Part shown: positions 1 through 10,106 of the stretch, one piece after another
How positions within the stretch are numbered: the stretch's first letter is position 1
Layout of the letters: each line of letters begins with the position of its first letter
The notes under the pieces: model-generated
Database searches by the model: none
The model's input: only the letters and a program-made list of their open reading frames with translations
What the model was told of the DNA's origin: nothing
Program-made: the position numbers and the translations under genes
Assembly: GCA_963815195.1 (NCBI GenBank)
Contig: CAWFGE010000020.1
Location: forward strand, 224,001 to 288,000
Length of the DNA stretch: 64,000 nt
Direction of reading: 5' to 3'
Origin: an uncultured Planctomycetaceae bacterium
Lineage (GTDB): Bacteria > Planctomycetota > Planctomycetia > Planctomycetales > Planctomycetaceae

Positions 1-1853
1 GTACCAAGGCTGACAAGGCTGTCGTAATGTTCCTGACCTTTGGCTCCCAGGGAAAAGTTGCAGCGCGAGTCGGTGACCAGCAGGCGGTGATCCAGCTTCT
101 TTTTCACATCTTTGAGTTTACGAAGCGATGCCGCCAGGGACGTGGCGTTGTCGGTCGTCAACACCGCCAGGGCATTGAGGATGTCTTTTGAGCCCCGGCC
201 GTTGTCCACCCGTTCCAGAACTTCGAGATCGTAAGACGGACGAGCGTTGTTTTTTCCTACGATTCGCTTGTGCGAAACCAGAGTGTAAAGATCCGTTCGC
301 GGCTCGCAGTAAGACAATAAATTCTCCAATAGGGTGGAAATGTTGTCGCTATCCGGCGGCAAGCTGCCCTTGTTCAGATGCCGTTTCTGGATGCTTTCTT
401 CGATCTTCGCGCGCACGGCCTTATCAAGGAGGGATTGTTCGTGCTCTTTAGACGCGGGTTCTTCGGGCAACTCCGAATCCCCGGGAACATCGGGAGGAAA
501 GCCGATCCCCCATGTCTCGAACCACTTCTCCACGCCCAATTCCCTCAACCGGCGTTGCTCGACACGCCAGGCATTGTGCGCCCAGTTGATCACATCCCGC
601 GGTCGGGCTTCCAGGATATTCCCCTGTTCGATTTTTTCCCTGTACCATTTCTCGCCGATCGGAAAGAAAGGATCGGCTTCGATGGCCGCATCCACTTCGG
701 GAATCGGCCCGCGGAAACCTTGCTGAAATTCTTCCAATCGCTGCCTGATGATCTCGGCTCCGTCCGGTTCCACCGGAATCCGCGCCAGTTGGAGGTGATC
801 GCTGCCTGTGTCCTTCGATTCCCCGAATTTCGCGATCCGGTCCCAGGCGGCTTCGGGAATAATCCCGTCCGTCTTGAAGCGAAGCAGCGTCTCTTGCACG
901 CCGGACGTGATCAAGAGCAGATTGGGAGCATGATCGATCAAAGCATGCAGGAACCGAGAGAATGCCTTCACCTGCTCTTGTTTCAAATTGTCGAACTGGT
1001 CGATGCAGATAATCAGCGGAGTATCCGCCAAAGCCAACAACCCGGAGAGGGTGAGCAGAACTCGCTCGCAGTGAGACTCATCCGCCAGGCCGTAATACGA
1101 TGCGCCCTCGTCTTGGAGACGAATTTCCCGCAGGCCGACGATGGGCAAATCAAAACGTTCCGCCGCTTCGGGTTCGATGAGTTCTCCCGATAAGAAGTTC
1201 TCGATCATTTGAATCTTTGCCCGGCGCTCATCAGGCGATTTTTCCTTGCCGTAAATCAGCTTGTTGATGCTGCAAAAGTACTCGATCAGCAAGTCCCGGA
1301 CATGCAAATTGTCGGAAATCTCATTTGTAAAACTCCGAAGCGCTTCCCGGCATTTGGATTCTGTTGTCGGCAGGGAATATCCCCGTTCCTTCAAGGCGGA
1401 CAGAGCCACCTTCTTGAGGGCTTTGTACAACCGGCTGGACGTATAATCGGCATTTTTTTCCCGGCGGGAAAGAATGCTCATCACCACGCGCAGGAAATAA
1501 TACGGCAATCGTTCCGGCGAGGCTTGCACGTTGTGGAGGAAAACATAAACGGCTTCGTGCTTCACCGCCCAGCGGTATAGGCGGGACAGCAAATGGCTTT
1601 TCCCGACGCCCGCACCGCCCAAAATCATGGCTCCGACCCCTTGTCGACCCGCAAGGGTTTCCGTGGCCAATTCGACAAGCAGGTCGAATTGCCGCCCGTG
1701 AATCGATTCCACATCCACATCATAGTCGGAGGGTTCATTCACGCGGTTTGAGGAAAACGGCTTGCGATCCAAAAGGGCCGCCGCAAAGTCCTCCAACGTC
1801 AGAGGCCCTGCCGAGTGAAAGCTGCCTTGGGGTTTTGGATTCATGGTGTGCAT
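1..1853 (-). CDS. Large P-loop (AAA-like) ATPase; 3' end runs off the window
   Basis: Manual translation from ATG at 1853 (MHTMNPKPQG...) gives Walker A GAMILGGAGVGKSHLL and Walker B PLIICIDQFDNL. It is absent from the ORF track, consistent with no stop codon inside the window. Confidence 0.8.
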   Translation of the reverse strand, partial: MHTMNPKPQGSFHSAGPLTLEDFAAALLDRKPFSSNRVNEPSDYDVDVESIHGRQFDLLVELATETLAGRQGVGAMILGGAGVGKSHLLSRLYRWAVKHEAVYVFLHNVQASPERLPYYFLRVVMSILSRREKNADYTSSRLYKALKKVALSALKERGYSLPTTESKCREALRSFTNEISDNLHVRDLLIEYFCSINKLIYGKEKSPDERRAKIQMIENFLSGELIEPEAAERFDLPIVGLREIRLQDEGASYYGLADESHCERVLLTLSGLLALADTPLIICIDQFDNLKQEQVKAFSRFLHALIDHAPNLLLITSGVQETLLRFKTDGIIPEAAWDRIAKFGESKDTGSDHLQLARIPVEPDGAEIIRQRLEEFQQGFRGPIPEVDAAIEADPFFPIGEKWYREKIEQGNILEARPRDVINWAHNAWRVEQRRLRELGVEKWFETWGIGFPPDVPGDSELPEEPASKEHEQSLLDKAVRAKIEESIQKRHLNKGSLPPDSDNISTLLENLLSYCEPRTDLYTLVSHKRIVGKNNARPSYDLEVLERVDNGRGSKDILNALAVLTTDNATSLAASLRKLKDVKKKLDHRLLVTDSRCNFSLGAKGQEHYDSLVSLG

Positions 1854-1896
1854 CCCGGTCCAATGTTGCCTGGAAGCGAAAGGGAGTCGGTGCGGA

Positions 1897-2896
1897 CTAC
1901 AACCTCGAAATATAGATCAGGAGGGAATCGCCTTCACGAATCCCCGCTGAGCGGTCTTCGGGGGAGAGTTGTTCGTAGTTGCCGTCGGAACTGTTCGCCG
2001 TGAATCTCCGCTCTTTGCGGAGCAGCCAAACCCCGCGATCGAACGTCGGCCGATCGAACTCCGGCAAGGCTGTGCGGAGATCGGAAAGCTTCACGAAATT
2101 ATGCGATCCCCTTTCCCGATCCAATAGGGAGAAGACGCTCTCAAACCTCGTGGCGAAATCTTCCTCAAGAACCGGCGACGGGGATTCTGTAACGGAAGCA
2201 ACACTCGTAGAGGCCGGTTGTAACTCCGTCGCTGGAAGGGATTCGACCGAGGAATCACGAGCGTCGGAAATAACAGGTTCATTCGCCGCGCGCATGGGGC
2301 GAATATCCACAATGCGGAAAACATAGTTCGTCCGAGCATCTTTGGGCAGATAACCCACGCCTTCAGGAAGCGATTCGTCCTTCAGACGAGCATTCAGGGT
2401 TTGTTGGAATATCTTATTGAAATCGGCGGTGCCCGTTAAATGGTCCTTTCAGTTCGGCAACTGTAAACAACCGGCAATTCCCGCTTGTGGCCAACTCGAA
2501 GGCAAATCGCAACAACTCGTCGCTTGCCGCCAATTGAGCAATGTCTTCTTTGAGGCAGACATAAGCATCCAACCGGCGTGGAGCGTGCTTTTTCGATCGG
2601 CTGGAAATCGCAACCACCGCATGAGCATCAAAGCTCTTTTTCCCAATACTCTTCTTGATCACCGCTGTATCGGAAACACCGCATCGCAGAGCTAACTCCC
2701 GGACCGTGAGGGGAAAGGGACCGTTTCCGGTCTCCTTCATCGCCCGCAACTCCGCAAGCATCCGTTTCGCAAGTTCTTCGACCTGTTTGGCCTGTGAGGT
2801 TTGTTTCTTTTTTGGGGGCGGTTCAGAAGAGGGAGATACGATGGAAGAAGGGGAATCGGAGAGCGTTGTCATTCTTCGGTCCTTTGGCAAATGCAA
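1897..2896 (-). CDS. Hypothetical protein with winged-helix-like C-terminus, split by one frameshift (ORFs 2414-2896 and 1897-2358)
   Basis: Removing one T at ~2416 (CAA-T-AAG) joins ...HRRFQ to KIFQQTLNARLKDESLPEGVGYLPKD... It lies directly upstream of, and co-oriented with, the ATPase. Confidence 0.6.
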
Positions 2897-3339
2897 TGAA
2901 GGGAAATTGCAGCTATACGTTATGCCAGACCTGCTTTAATTTCAAATAAACTCCAAAGGTTTGTCAGAACGGCAGAATTCTCGGATCGCTTTGAATGGAT
3001 TACGGAGTTCCGGCCACGTGTGCCGATTGGAAAAGTGCAACTTCGCGCGCAAGGCGATCGCAGCCACAAAGTTTCACCAGAACGCAACCCTGGGCTTCAA
3101 GCCGATTTCGCAAAAGCGTCATCGAAACCGCCCGTTTCCCAATGGGCTTCCGATTTTGGGACGGCCGTGGTCTACTCCACGCGGACCATCAACTCCCGTT
3201 TGTCCGGGCCATCCGTATGTGCTCTCCAAGGTCATTTGCGCCGTTCCAGCCGATGAAATTGCCCATCCGGGCAAACGGTTCTTGGCTGTTGATCATCCCG
3301 CGTGGCCAATTCACAACCGATTCGGAATAAGCTGACGCA

Positions 3340-3560
3340 TTAGACATCCTCCTTCAAGGCCCGGATATACCTTTCCGCCGACCGCTTCACCGCTGCCTTT
3401 CCATCTTCCCGGACGACCTTTCCCCACCAGGCCCCGTAAATCCGATCGAAGTCGAACGGTTCGACCGCCTCGACGATTCGCCGAACTGTCACAGCCGGGA
3501 TCGGAATGAGGTTTGGGTACGAGTACATGAAGCTAACCCAGCGGCGGTCTTGGACGACCT
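3340..3560 (-). pseudogene. C-terminal fragment of an MBL-fold metallo-hydrolase
   Basis: VVQDRRWVSFMYSYPNLIP...FDRIYGAWW is the typical C-terminus of this family; the 5' part is missing. Confidence 0.65.
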
Positions 3561-3561
3561 C

Positions 3562-3943
3562 CCATCTGGCGGTTGAGATTGACTTTTCTCAATTCAATGC
3601 TGATGGAAGCCCGCGGATTCATCCCACACGGAACAATCCTATTTGTTTTCCGATCCGGAAATTAAATCCAGATCGCATGGTTGTCTGCACTCTCTGGGCA
3701 CCGAGGGGGCATCTGGCTGAACGCTTCATGGGACGTTCGGAGGGACATCCAAAACACCAGGAAGTCCAGGAACTCTATAAAAGTTCGTCTCGATTTTGTG
3801 CGTTCTACGAGGCGTGGTTGGAATGCGTGGATGCAGTTCCTCATGCGGCGCATTGGATTCTTCATTCAGTTCAAGAGGGATACGCCCCTCACCCCCCGTC
3901 ATGGCTGAAAAAACAAATCGACGATTGCCGGACACAACCATGA
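3562..3943 (+). pseudogene. 5'-truncated hypothetical gene fragment
   Basis: Open frame HLAVEIDFSQF...DDCRTQP* without its own start, back-to-back with the MBL fragment. Confidence 0.3.
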
Positions 3944-3984
3944 CCGAAAGCGGCAGGTGGTCCCCGCCCGCGGACCGTGGAAGT

Positions 3985-5397
3985 TCATCCCATCAATTCC
4001 GGCAGAGGCCGGTGTTCGCCGACGAGGTACTGCGGGCGACCTGCTAAATCGACAAATTGCGTCGTCGTCACGTCGATCCCCAGCCGCTCATACAGCGTGG
4101 CGAAGACCTCCCGGAAATGGACCGGGCGAGACTTGGGTTCCTCTCCCCAGCGCGTGGTCGAACCGATCACTTGTCCGCACTTCAGGCCGCCGCCCGCCAC
4201 GAGTGCACCGGCCACGTTCGGCCAATGGTCCCGGCCCGCGTTCTTGTTGATCTTCGGCGTGCGTCCGAACTCACCCCAGACGACGACTGCGACTTCTTCC
4301 AGGAGGCCGCGCTGGTCGAGGTCTTCGATCATGGCGGAAAGCCCCAGGTCGAACAGTGGCAGCGTGGCGCGGGCTTCCTGGAAACAGCCCTTGTGCCAGT
4401 CCCAGTTGTAATCGCCCTGGAGCATCCGACCGAAGGGCCAGCGGCTGAAGGAAATCGTCACGCACCGCGCCCCGGCTTCGATCACCCGCCGGGCCAGAAG
4501 GAACTGATCCACGTAGGTTTTCCCCTGCCGCTCGCCGGGATATTCGCGGTCGAGACCATACCGGCTGCGGATGAGTCCGTCTTCGCGGCTCAGATCGAGG
4601 GCGTCGGCCAGCCGCTGAGAGGTCAGCACCTCGAAGGCTTGCCGCTGGAACTCGTCCATGCCGTCCGTGAGGTTCTCCCGGTCCACGCGGCGGCGGAAGC
4701 GGTCAAAGCTGTCCAACAGACTGCGGCGGTCGGACAGCCTCCGCAAGCTGACACCGGTCAGCCGGAAGTTTCGCCGGTCCACGTTCCCGACTTCAAAGCC
4801 CGCGTGAGCGGGGCCGAGATACCCCGGTTGCGTGGGGGCGGTCCGCATGATGAACCGCGCATCGGGATCGACGGGGACGAGATCGGCCGCCGCCGGTACG
4901 CCCGGAATCCGCGTCCCGAACTGCTTGGACAACACGGCTCCGAGCGACGGCCAGCCTCCGGGCGGAAATCCGGGAATCAGCGGCGACGCGGGCATGGCGG
5001 CGTGCGATTCCCAGCCGGTCGTGCACCAATGCGTGTTGTGATCGTTCTTGAACCCCACCAGGGACCGAATCACGGCGAATTTGTCGGCCAGTCCCGCCAA
5101 GCGCGGCAACAATTCGCAAACCTCCAGCCCCGGCACCTTCGTGGCGATCGGCTGAAATTCCCCGCGAATCTCCCCTGGGACTTCGGGCTTGAGGTCGTAC
5201 ATATCGAGGTGCGAGGGTCCGCCGGGCAGGATCACCATGATGATGCCCTTGATCCCGGCTGGCCGCTGGTGCTGGGCTTCGGCTCGAAGCACGTCCGGGA
5301 GCGCCAACCCGCCCATTGCCAGGCCGCCGATCTTCAGCCAGCTTCGCCGCGAGAGGCCGTCACAAAATCGCGACCGGGGTCCGGGGATCGTGAGCAT
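3985..5397 (-). CDS. DUF1501 domain protein
   Basis: Tat-like SRRSWL N-terminus; GGPSHLDMYDLKP, WDWH and WGEFGRTPKIN...GRDHWP motifs. Confidence 0.9.
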   Translation of the reverse strand: MLTIPGPRSRFCDGLSRRSWLKIGGLAMGGLALPDVLRAEAQHQRPAGIKGIIMVILPGGPSHLDMYDLKPEVPGEIRGEFQPIATKVPGLEVCELLPRLAGLADKFAVIRSLVGFKNDHNTHWCTTGWESHAAMPASPLIPGFPPGGWPSLGAVLSKQFGTRIPGVPAAADLVPVDPDARFIMRTAPTQPGYLGPAHAGFEVGNVDRRNFRLTGVSLRRLSDRRSLLDSFDRFRRRVDRENLTDGMDEFQRQAFEVLTSQRLADALDLSREDGLIRSRYGLDREYPGERQGKTYVDQFLLARRVIEAGARCVTISFSRWPFGRMLQGDYNWDWHKGCFQEARATLPLFDLGLSAMIEDLDQRGLLEEVAVVVWGEFGRTPKINKNAGRDHWPNVAGALVAGGGLKCGQVIGSTTRWGEEPKSRPVHFREVFATLYERLGIDVTTTQFVDLAGRPQYLVGEHRPLPELMG

Positions 5398-5641
5398 GAG
5401 GGACTCCTTCTAAAGCCGGGGAACGCATCAATCAGCACCAATGTATCGGGCTGTGGCCGTGCCCGCAATCTTCATCCCCAAAACCGAGAATAGCTCCCGT
5501 TTTTCAACCGCTTGTCTTGCCTGCCTGGAAGGACCAGACGGGATCGCGTTTCTTTGGGAAGAATCATCAAAATGGGTACCACGGTCGGTGCTTCACGCGC
5601 ACCACGCGACCCTTCCAAGCAGTGATCCGCAATCATTGATT

Positions 5642-6050
5642 TTACGTTTCAGACATAAGGGCGACGCTGGAGATCAGGTTCTGCTGAATGCGGGTTTTGG
5701 GGACCTCCAACACCGGCGTGTGCCCGATCGGCGCATAGCTCGCGCCGATCTGGTCTTGAACTCGCGCCCCTGTCTCGTCCGCGAAATGCAGCTGACCATC
5801 TTCTCTTTCCGCCTTTTTTTCCGCCTCAGGCAGAGTCTGCTCTTCAAATTCCCGCACTTCGTCCGGGTCCTGTTCACGGGCGTGACGGGCCGGTTTTTGG
5901 GGCGTCATCTTCCAGCGATGAAGATAATTCCCGACGCCTTGCTCCGACAGATCAATCTCGTAGCGTTTCCAAATCAATGTCTGGACCACGTGTCGCGTCC
6001 AAGTCGGGATGGGAATCGCATACACGTCGGGAGTCGCGTCTTGCAGGAAC
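5642..6050 (-). mobile_element. IS630-family transposase internal fragment
   Basis: WTRHVVQTLIWKRYEIDLSEQGVGNYLHRWKMTPQKPAR (winged HTH) followed by LHFADETG (first DDE Asp); both ends missing. Confidence 0.75.
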
Positions 6051-6392
6051 AGATGCGGACTGTCGAGGCCACATGTACTTGAGGAGTCGCCAGGGAATCT
6101 GGGGAACATTAAATGATCCTCCGCCGTAGCGAAACGTTCCGTCTGAGGCGGGTCCGTCATTCACTACCCGAACATCGGACTGGTCGATTTTCGTGAAGGT
6201 AACGAGGTTGCCGCTTGAGGTTACCATCATTGATGATTGACAGTGTTCCTCGAAATAATCCAACTGCTCTCGTTCCCGCTGCTTTAGACGCTGGAATTCC
6301 TGCCCGGTTGCGCCAGACACGTCATCGAGTGTTGGCGGACTTGCCTCGCCAAAATCGTCGCCCAATAAGTCGTCACGATCTGGACGCGTCAT
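6050..6392 (-). CDS. Hypothetical protein downstream of the integrase, 3' end probably cut by the IS630 fragment
   Basis: ORF 5952-6392 overlaps the integrase stop (ATGA coupling); its sequence runs into IS630 DNA near 6050. Confidence 0.4.
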
Positions 6393-7669
6393 TGGTGTGG
6401 CTCCCCTTCCTGCTCGTTGACTTCAGTTTGACCGTCGTTGGTTTTTTCAAACGGGAACAACCAGTCCCGTACAACATCGACAACAGCTTGCAGGCGTCCA
6501 TTATCGAACCCTTCACGGTACACTCCACTCATACTATCGTCAACGTGCCCCATAACGGCTTTGACTGCCGGCAGGTCGCCCGACCGTTCCCCGATCGTCT
6601 GGAACGTGTGACGCAGTGCGTAGAAGTTCAGCCGACCGCGTTTGAGTCCCAACTGCTCCAACAACTTCCTGCACTCTTGGGCGACGCTATCAATCGACAT
6701 GCCCCGTTTCGCCTTGTCTTCGCTCGCGACCGTCCGCACCCAGCGATTGCCGTACTTCGTCAGAAAGCACAGATCGGCGTCGACTTCGTCCTTCGGTTCC
6801 GGGCGTTCTGCAATCGCAGAACGCAGTGCGGAGACCGTTTCGGGCCACAACGCGCAGCGACGTTCCACGCCCGTTTTCGGCCTTGGAAAGTTAATGCAAG
6901 CGGATTCCAGATCGACTGCGGATAGAGGCAAATTGGCGATGTCGGATTGACCGAATCCGCAGTTGATGCCCAATAGAATCATGGCCTTCAGAGGAACGCC
7001 TGCGGCGTCGATCATCGCCCGGAGTTCGTGGGCCTCAAACGTTCTCTTCCCATTAGCGGCCCTTGCTTGACGCAACGTTTTCTTGCTGGGCTTGTTCAGA
7101 CTCTGCCCGTAGCGAACGGGCCGATCAATCAGGCTTTGATCGTAGGCATACTTGAAGACCATCCGGCATCGGCCAATCTCGTTGCCCAGTGCGACCGGAC
7201 CGCGTTTCTCCGCCAAGGCTTCGCGGAGGTTTTCAAAGTGATCGGGGATCAGATCATCAACCAGATGGTTTTGCCCGAAGACCTCAACGAGGTTTTGGCA
7301 GGTGCAATAGTAATCGCGGAACGATCTTTCCGAGAGTTCCCCCGTCTTCATCTTTTTGCTTTTGCTGGTCAGAAACCGATTGCAGAGATCGGCGATGGTA
7401 ATTCCGCTCTCATCTTCCGGGGGCAGGCCTTTGGGGGGGTTGCAACCGTTCCTAAGGATATAATCCTTTTGGAGTGTGTAGGCGTCCAGTGCGGCCTGCC
7501 AGTCGGACGCATAGCCGAAGTAAAAGCGTTTGCCTTTGATCTTCTTGTAAAGGCGTCCCGAGGGGGGATGATGTGAGAGGGGAAATTCGGGGTAGGGTTT
7601 TTCCCAGCTTGGGCTGGATACTTTACTGCCGGATGCCGATTGGCTAGACTTGGTAGGTATGATGCTCAC
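6389..7669 (-). CDS. Tyrosine recombinase/integrase, divergent from the tRNA
   Basis: RPKTG, FYALRHTF, MGH and YRE catalytic-region motifs; N-terminal arm-binding-like KKIKGKRFYFG; likely GTG start at 7669 (ORF open to 7795). Confidence 0.85.
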   Translation of the reverse strand: MSIIPTKSSQSASGSKVSSPSWEKPYPEFPLSHHPPSGRLYKKIKGKRFYFGYASDWQAALDAYTLQKDYILRNGCNPPKGLPPEDESGITIADLCNRFLTSKSKKMKTGELSERSFRDYYCTCQNLVEVFGQNHLVDDLIPDHFENLREALAEKRGPVALGNEIGRCRMVFKYAYDQSLIDRPVRYGQSLNKPSKKTLRQARAANGKRTFEAHELRAMIDAAGVPLKAMILLGINCGFGQSDIANLPLSAVDLESACINFPRPKTGVERRCALWPETVSALRSAIAERPEPKDEVDADLCFLTKYGNRWVRTVASEDKAKRGMSIDSVAQECRKLLEQLGLKRGRLNFYALRHTFQTIGERSGDLPAVKAVMGHVDDSMSGVYREGFDNGRLQAVVDVVRDWLFPFEKTNDGQTEVNEQEGEPHQ

Positions 7670-7870
7670 CTCGCAACATCGACCATAGGTGGGTGTCATT
7701 GACACCCGGCAGGTGCTTTCTGCTGGGTGTCTCACGTCACCTGCAATCGTATCAAATGGGCTTGCGGGTGTCGAATCAGCAAAAACGGGTGTCACTGACT
7801 GGCCGTTTAGGTGCTGAAAAGAAGAGCAAACAAGAAGAAAACCCTTAAAACCAAGGGTAAAACAGTTCCA

Positions 7871-7944
7871 GGCGGTGTAGCTCAGTTGGTTAGAGCAGCG
7901 GAATCATAATCCGCGTGTCGGGGGTTCGAGTCCCTCCACCGCTA
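7871..7944 (+). tRNA. tRNA-Met (CAT), probably elongator
   Basis: GGCGGTG/CACCGCT acceptor stem, D-arm AGCTCAGTTGGTTAGAGC, anticodon stem GCGGA/TCCGC with loop ATCATAA, T-loop GTTCGAG; CCA not encoded. Confidence 0.93.
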
Positions 7945-9166
7945 CTTTTGTACACTGCAATAGATCGTGATACTTCGCAAACGCTTGATATGTCACGACT
8001 TGCGAGTTTCCGGAATTCGACGGTTTCGACCGATTTCGAGGAGTTTCGGTCGACTGCTGCATCGGATTTTGCAGCGCTTTCGCGAAGTGGGCATCGGTCA
8101 CCTGCAGGTAATGCTTGGAAGCGATCGCCTGGGAATTGCCGATCCAGGCACAGACCACATGCGAGGGAAATTCTTCCTCCAATTCCGTTTGGCGGGTGCT
8201 TCGCAGGTTCTGAAACAGCTTCGGCCATTTCTTCACGCCGGCCCGTTTTATAATGCGCTCCAATTGGGTTCGCAAGTTCGTATTCGAATCACGATAACGG
8301 GTAATGACAAACTCCGCCCCTGGTTTCGCGAGTTGCTTGCACTCTTCCAAAAACGGTCGAAGCTCTGGAAAAATTGGAACCATCCGAGAATCGCCACCAG
8401 CGTGGTGCTCCGTCTTCGGGCTGCTCACCCGAAATCGTCCGGTTTCCCAGTCAAGGTCTTCCCATCGCAAGCCCAAATGCTCCGACGGGCACCGCAGACC
8501 CCCGTACCGGCTCAGGGCGAAGATCAGCCGCCATTCTGCATCCGGACAAGCCGCGATCACTTTTTCGGCCTCTTCCTGTGAAATAAAGTAAAATCGGCTG
8601 GGGTTCGGCTGAACTGTGGATTTCAGATCGGCGAAGGGGTTTGTGGGGATCATCTTCTTGCGGAGAGCCTTGGCGAAAAACTGCTTAGCGATGGCGATAT
8701 GCTTTCGGACGGTGTTTTCGGAAAGTCCCTTCGTTACCATCGACAGCCGCCAATCGTCGGCATCGCCTTCGTTCATATCGCGAAGACTACGTTCGCCACC
8801 GAAGAATTCGACCATTCGGTCGCGAGTAGTTTTCAACTTTTTGATCGTTCGTGGCTTCAGATCCGCTCGGGATTCGAGATACGATTCCAAAAACTCTTCG
8901 AGGCGAGCGGATTCCGGTTTTGGAATCAGCCCCACGCGGGCAAGGCGTTCCGCCAAGCCAAGTTCCAGTTCGGATACCCACCGAGCGGTTTCGGCATCAA
9001 GGGCGTGTCCGGAAAACTTTGCAGATACCAAATGCTCCACTCGAAGCTTGACAGCCTCTGCTTGCTTCTGCGGCATTTTCCCCAAGCGGATTGTGCGGCG
9101 TTTGCCATCGGGGGCAACAAATTGAATCTCGCGACGCCCGTTCGGATGACGAGTGATACTGGCCAT
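7904..9166 (-). CDS. Tyrosine integrase converging on, and overlapping, the tRNA 3' half
   Basis: GGLRCPSE (R), SPKTE (K), FQNLRSTR, WIGNS and KHYL (Y); likely start ATG at 9166 (MASITRHP). Confidence 0.9.
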   Translation of the reverse strand: MASITRHPNGRREIQFVAPDGKRRTIRLGKMPQKQAEAVKLRVEHLVSAKFSGHALDAETARWVSELELGLAERLARVGLIPKPESARLEEFLESYLESRADLKPRTIKKLKTTRDRMVEFFGGERSLRDMNEGDADDWRLSMVTKGLSENTVRKHIAIAKQFFAKALRKKMIPTNPFADLKSTVQPNPSRFYFISQEEAEKVIAACPDAEWRLIFALSRYGGLRCPSEHLGLRWEDLDWETGRFRVSSPKTEHHAGGDSRMVPIFPELRPFLEECKQLAKPGAEFVITRYRDSNTNLRTQLERIIKRAGVKKWPKLFQNLRSTRQTELEEEFPSHVVCAWIGNSQAIASKHYLQVTDAHFAKALQNPMQQSTETPRNRSKPSNSGNSQVVTYQAFAKYHDLLQCTKVAVEGLEPPTRGL

Positions 9167-9255
9167 TGGGATTCCTTTTCTGCAACACACCCATCACGAC
9201 TGACTGAGGATTTTAACCGAAACCGCAGCGTGACGGAGCAACTAAGGTGGATAAG

Positions 9256-9489
9256 CTATGAAGTGGGGTCGAAATCTGCATTGCGTTTGGTTCGATTAAT
9301 CCAGGCCCGCAGGTCTTCTGGGTCATACAACACGCGATGGCCAATCGGCACGTGTGGGATAGTGCCGGCCTTGGTCATCGTCCAGAGAGTGCGTTCGGAA
9401 ATACCCAACGCTTTGGCGGCAGTGCGGCAATTCCAGAGGAGTGGCGTTGAGAACCCAAAGGAATCGTGCGAAGAGGATTGAGTTGTCAT
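9256..9489 (-). CDS. Excisionase-like helix-turn-helix protein
   Basis: AAKALGISERTLWTMTKAGTIPHVPIGHRVLYDPEDLRAW pattern; directly upstream of the integrase. Confidence 0.8.
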   Translation of the reverse strand: MTTQSSSHDSFGFSTPLLWNCRTAAKALGISERTLWTMTKAGTIPHVPIGHRVLYDPEDLRAWINRTKRNADFDPTS

Positions 9490-9631
9490 GGGACAAGAAT
9501 TCAAAAAAGCCACGAAACGGTTTCCACGCGGGAAACGTTTGTGGCTTTGTTGCTTCAACGACCAGTATAACCGGGGAAAGCTCTCCGACAAGTCCCTAAT
9601 TTGAAAAAATCGGCCGTTGGAGTTTGCCGGG

Positions 9632-10106
9632 CTATGTCGCCGTGCCGGGATACCTCGAATTGGTTTCCAATTCCAAGACCCGCTGATCACCGAGAAAGGT
9701 GGCGTTCATGAATTGAAGGAAGCCGTAATACCCCAGTAAGACATAAGGCAAGGGAGCAGTGGAAAGGCCCACAAGCGCCGGCCAGCGCCAAACCGACGAG
9801 CCGCTTGCCAATTGAAGCTCCACGTCGGCAAATCGGAGCGGATAGGCGGTGCCCCGCCAGCGGAGAACATGGCCCGCGTCCGGGCGGAGTTGGGCTCCGA
9901 TGAGGAAAGAGGCATCTAAAGGAAAGATCGAATCTTGGGCTCCCGTATCGACCAGCGCCTTGGAAAAGGGGAGAGATGAGGCCGGACCAATGATCCGAAC
10001 ATCAATAAATGGCCGCCAGATTTGAGTGACGCCCGTGGGATGCGAGGCGATCGTCCTCCGGCGGCCCGGTGATTTGGACAGGCTGGTAGGGATAGCGCAG
10101 GCTCAT
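9632..10106 (-). CDS. Retropepsin-like aspartic protease (frameshift near 10055)
   Basis: Manual translation gives MSLRYPYQ... then, after the shift, WRPFIDVRIIGP...ALVDTGAQDSIFP...VLLGYYGFLQFM (DTG motif and C-terminal LLG). Confidence 0.7.

Noticed and set aside
2961..3335. Several overlapping small ORFs
   Set aside because: No motifs or RBS support; treated as intergenic.
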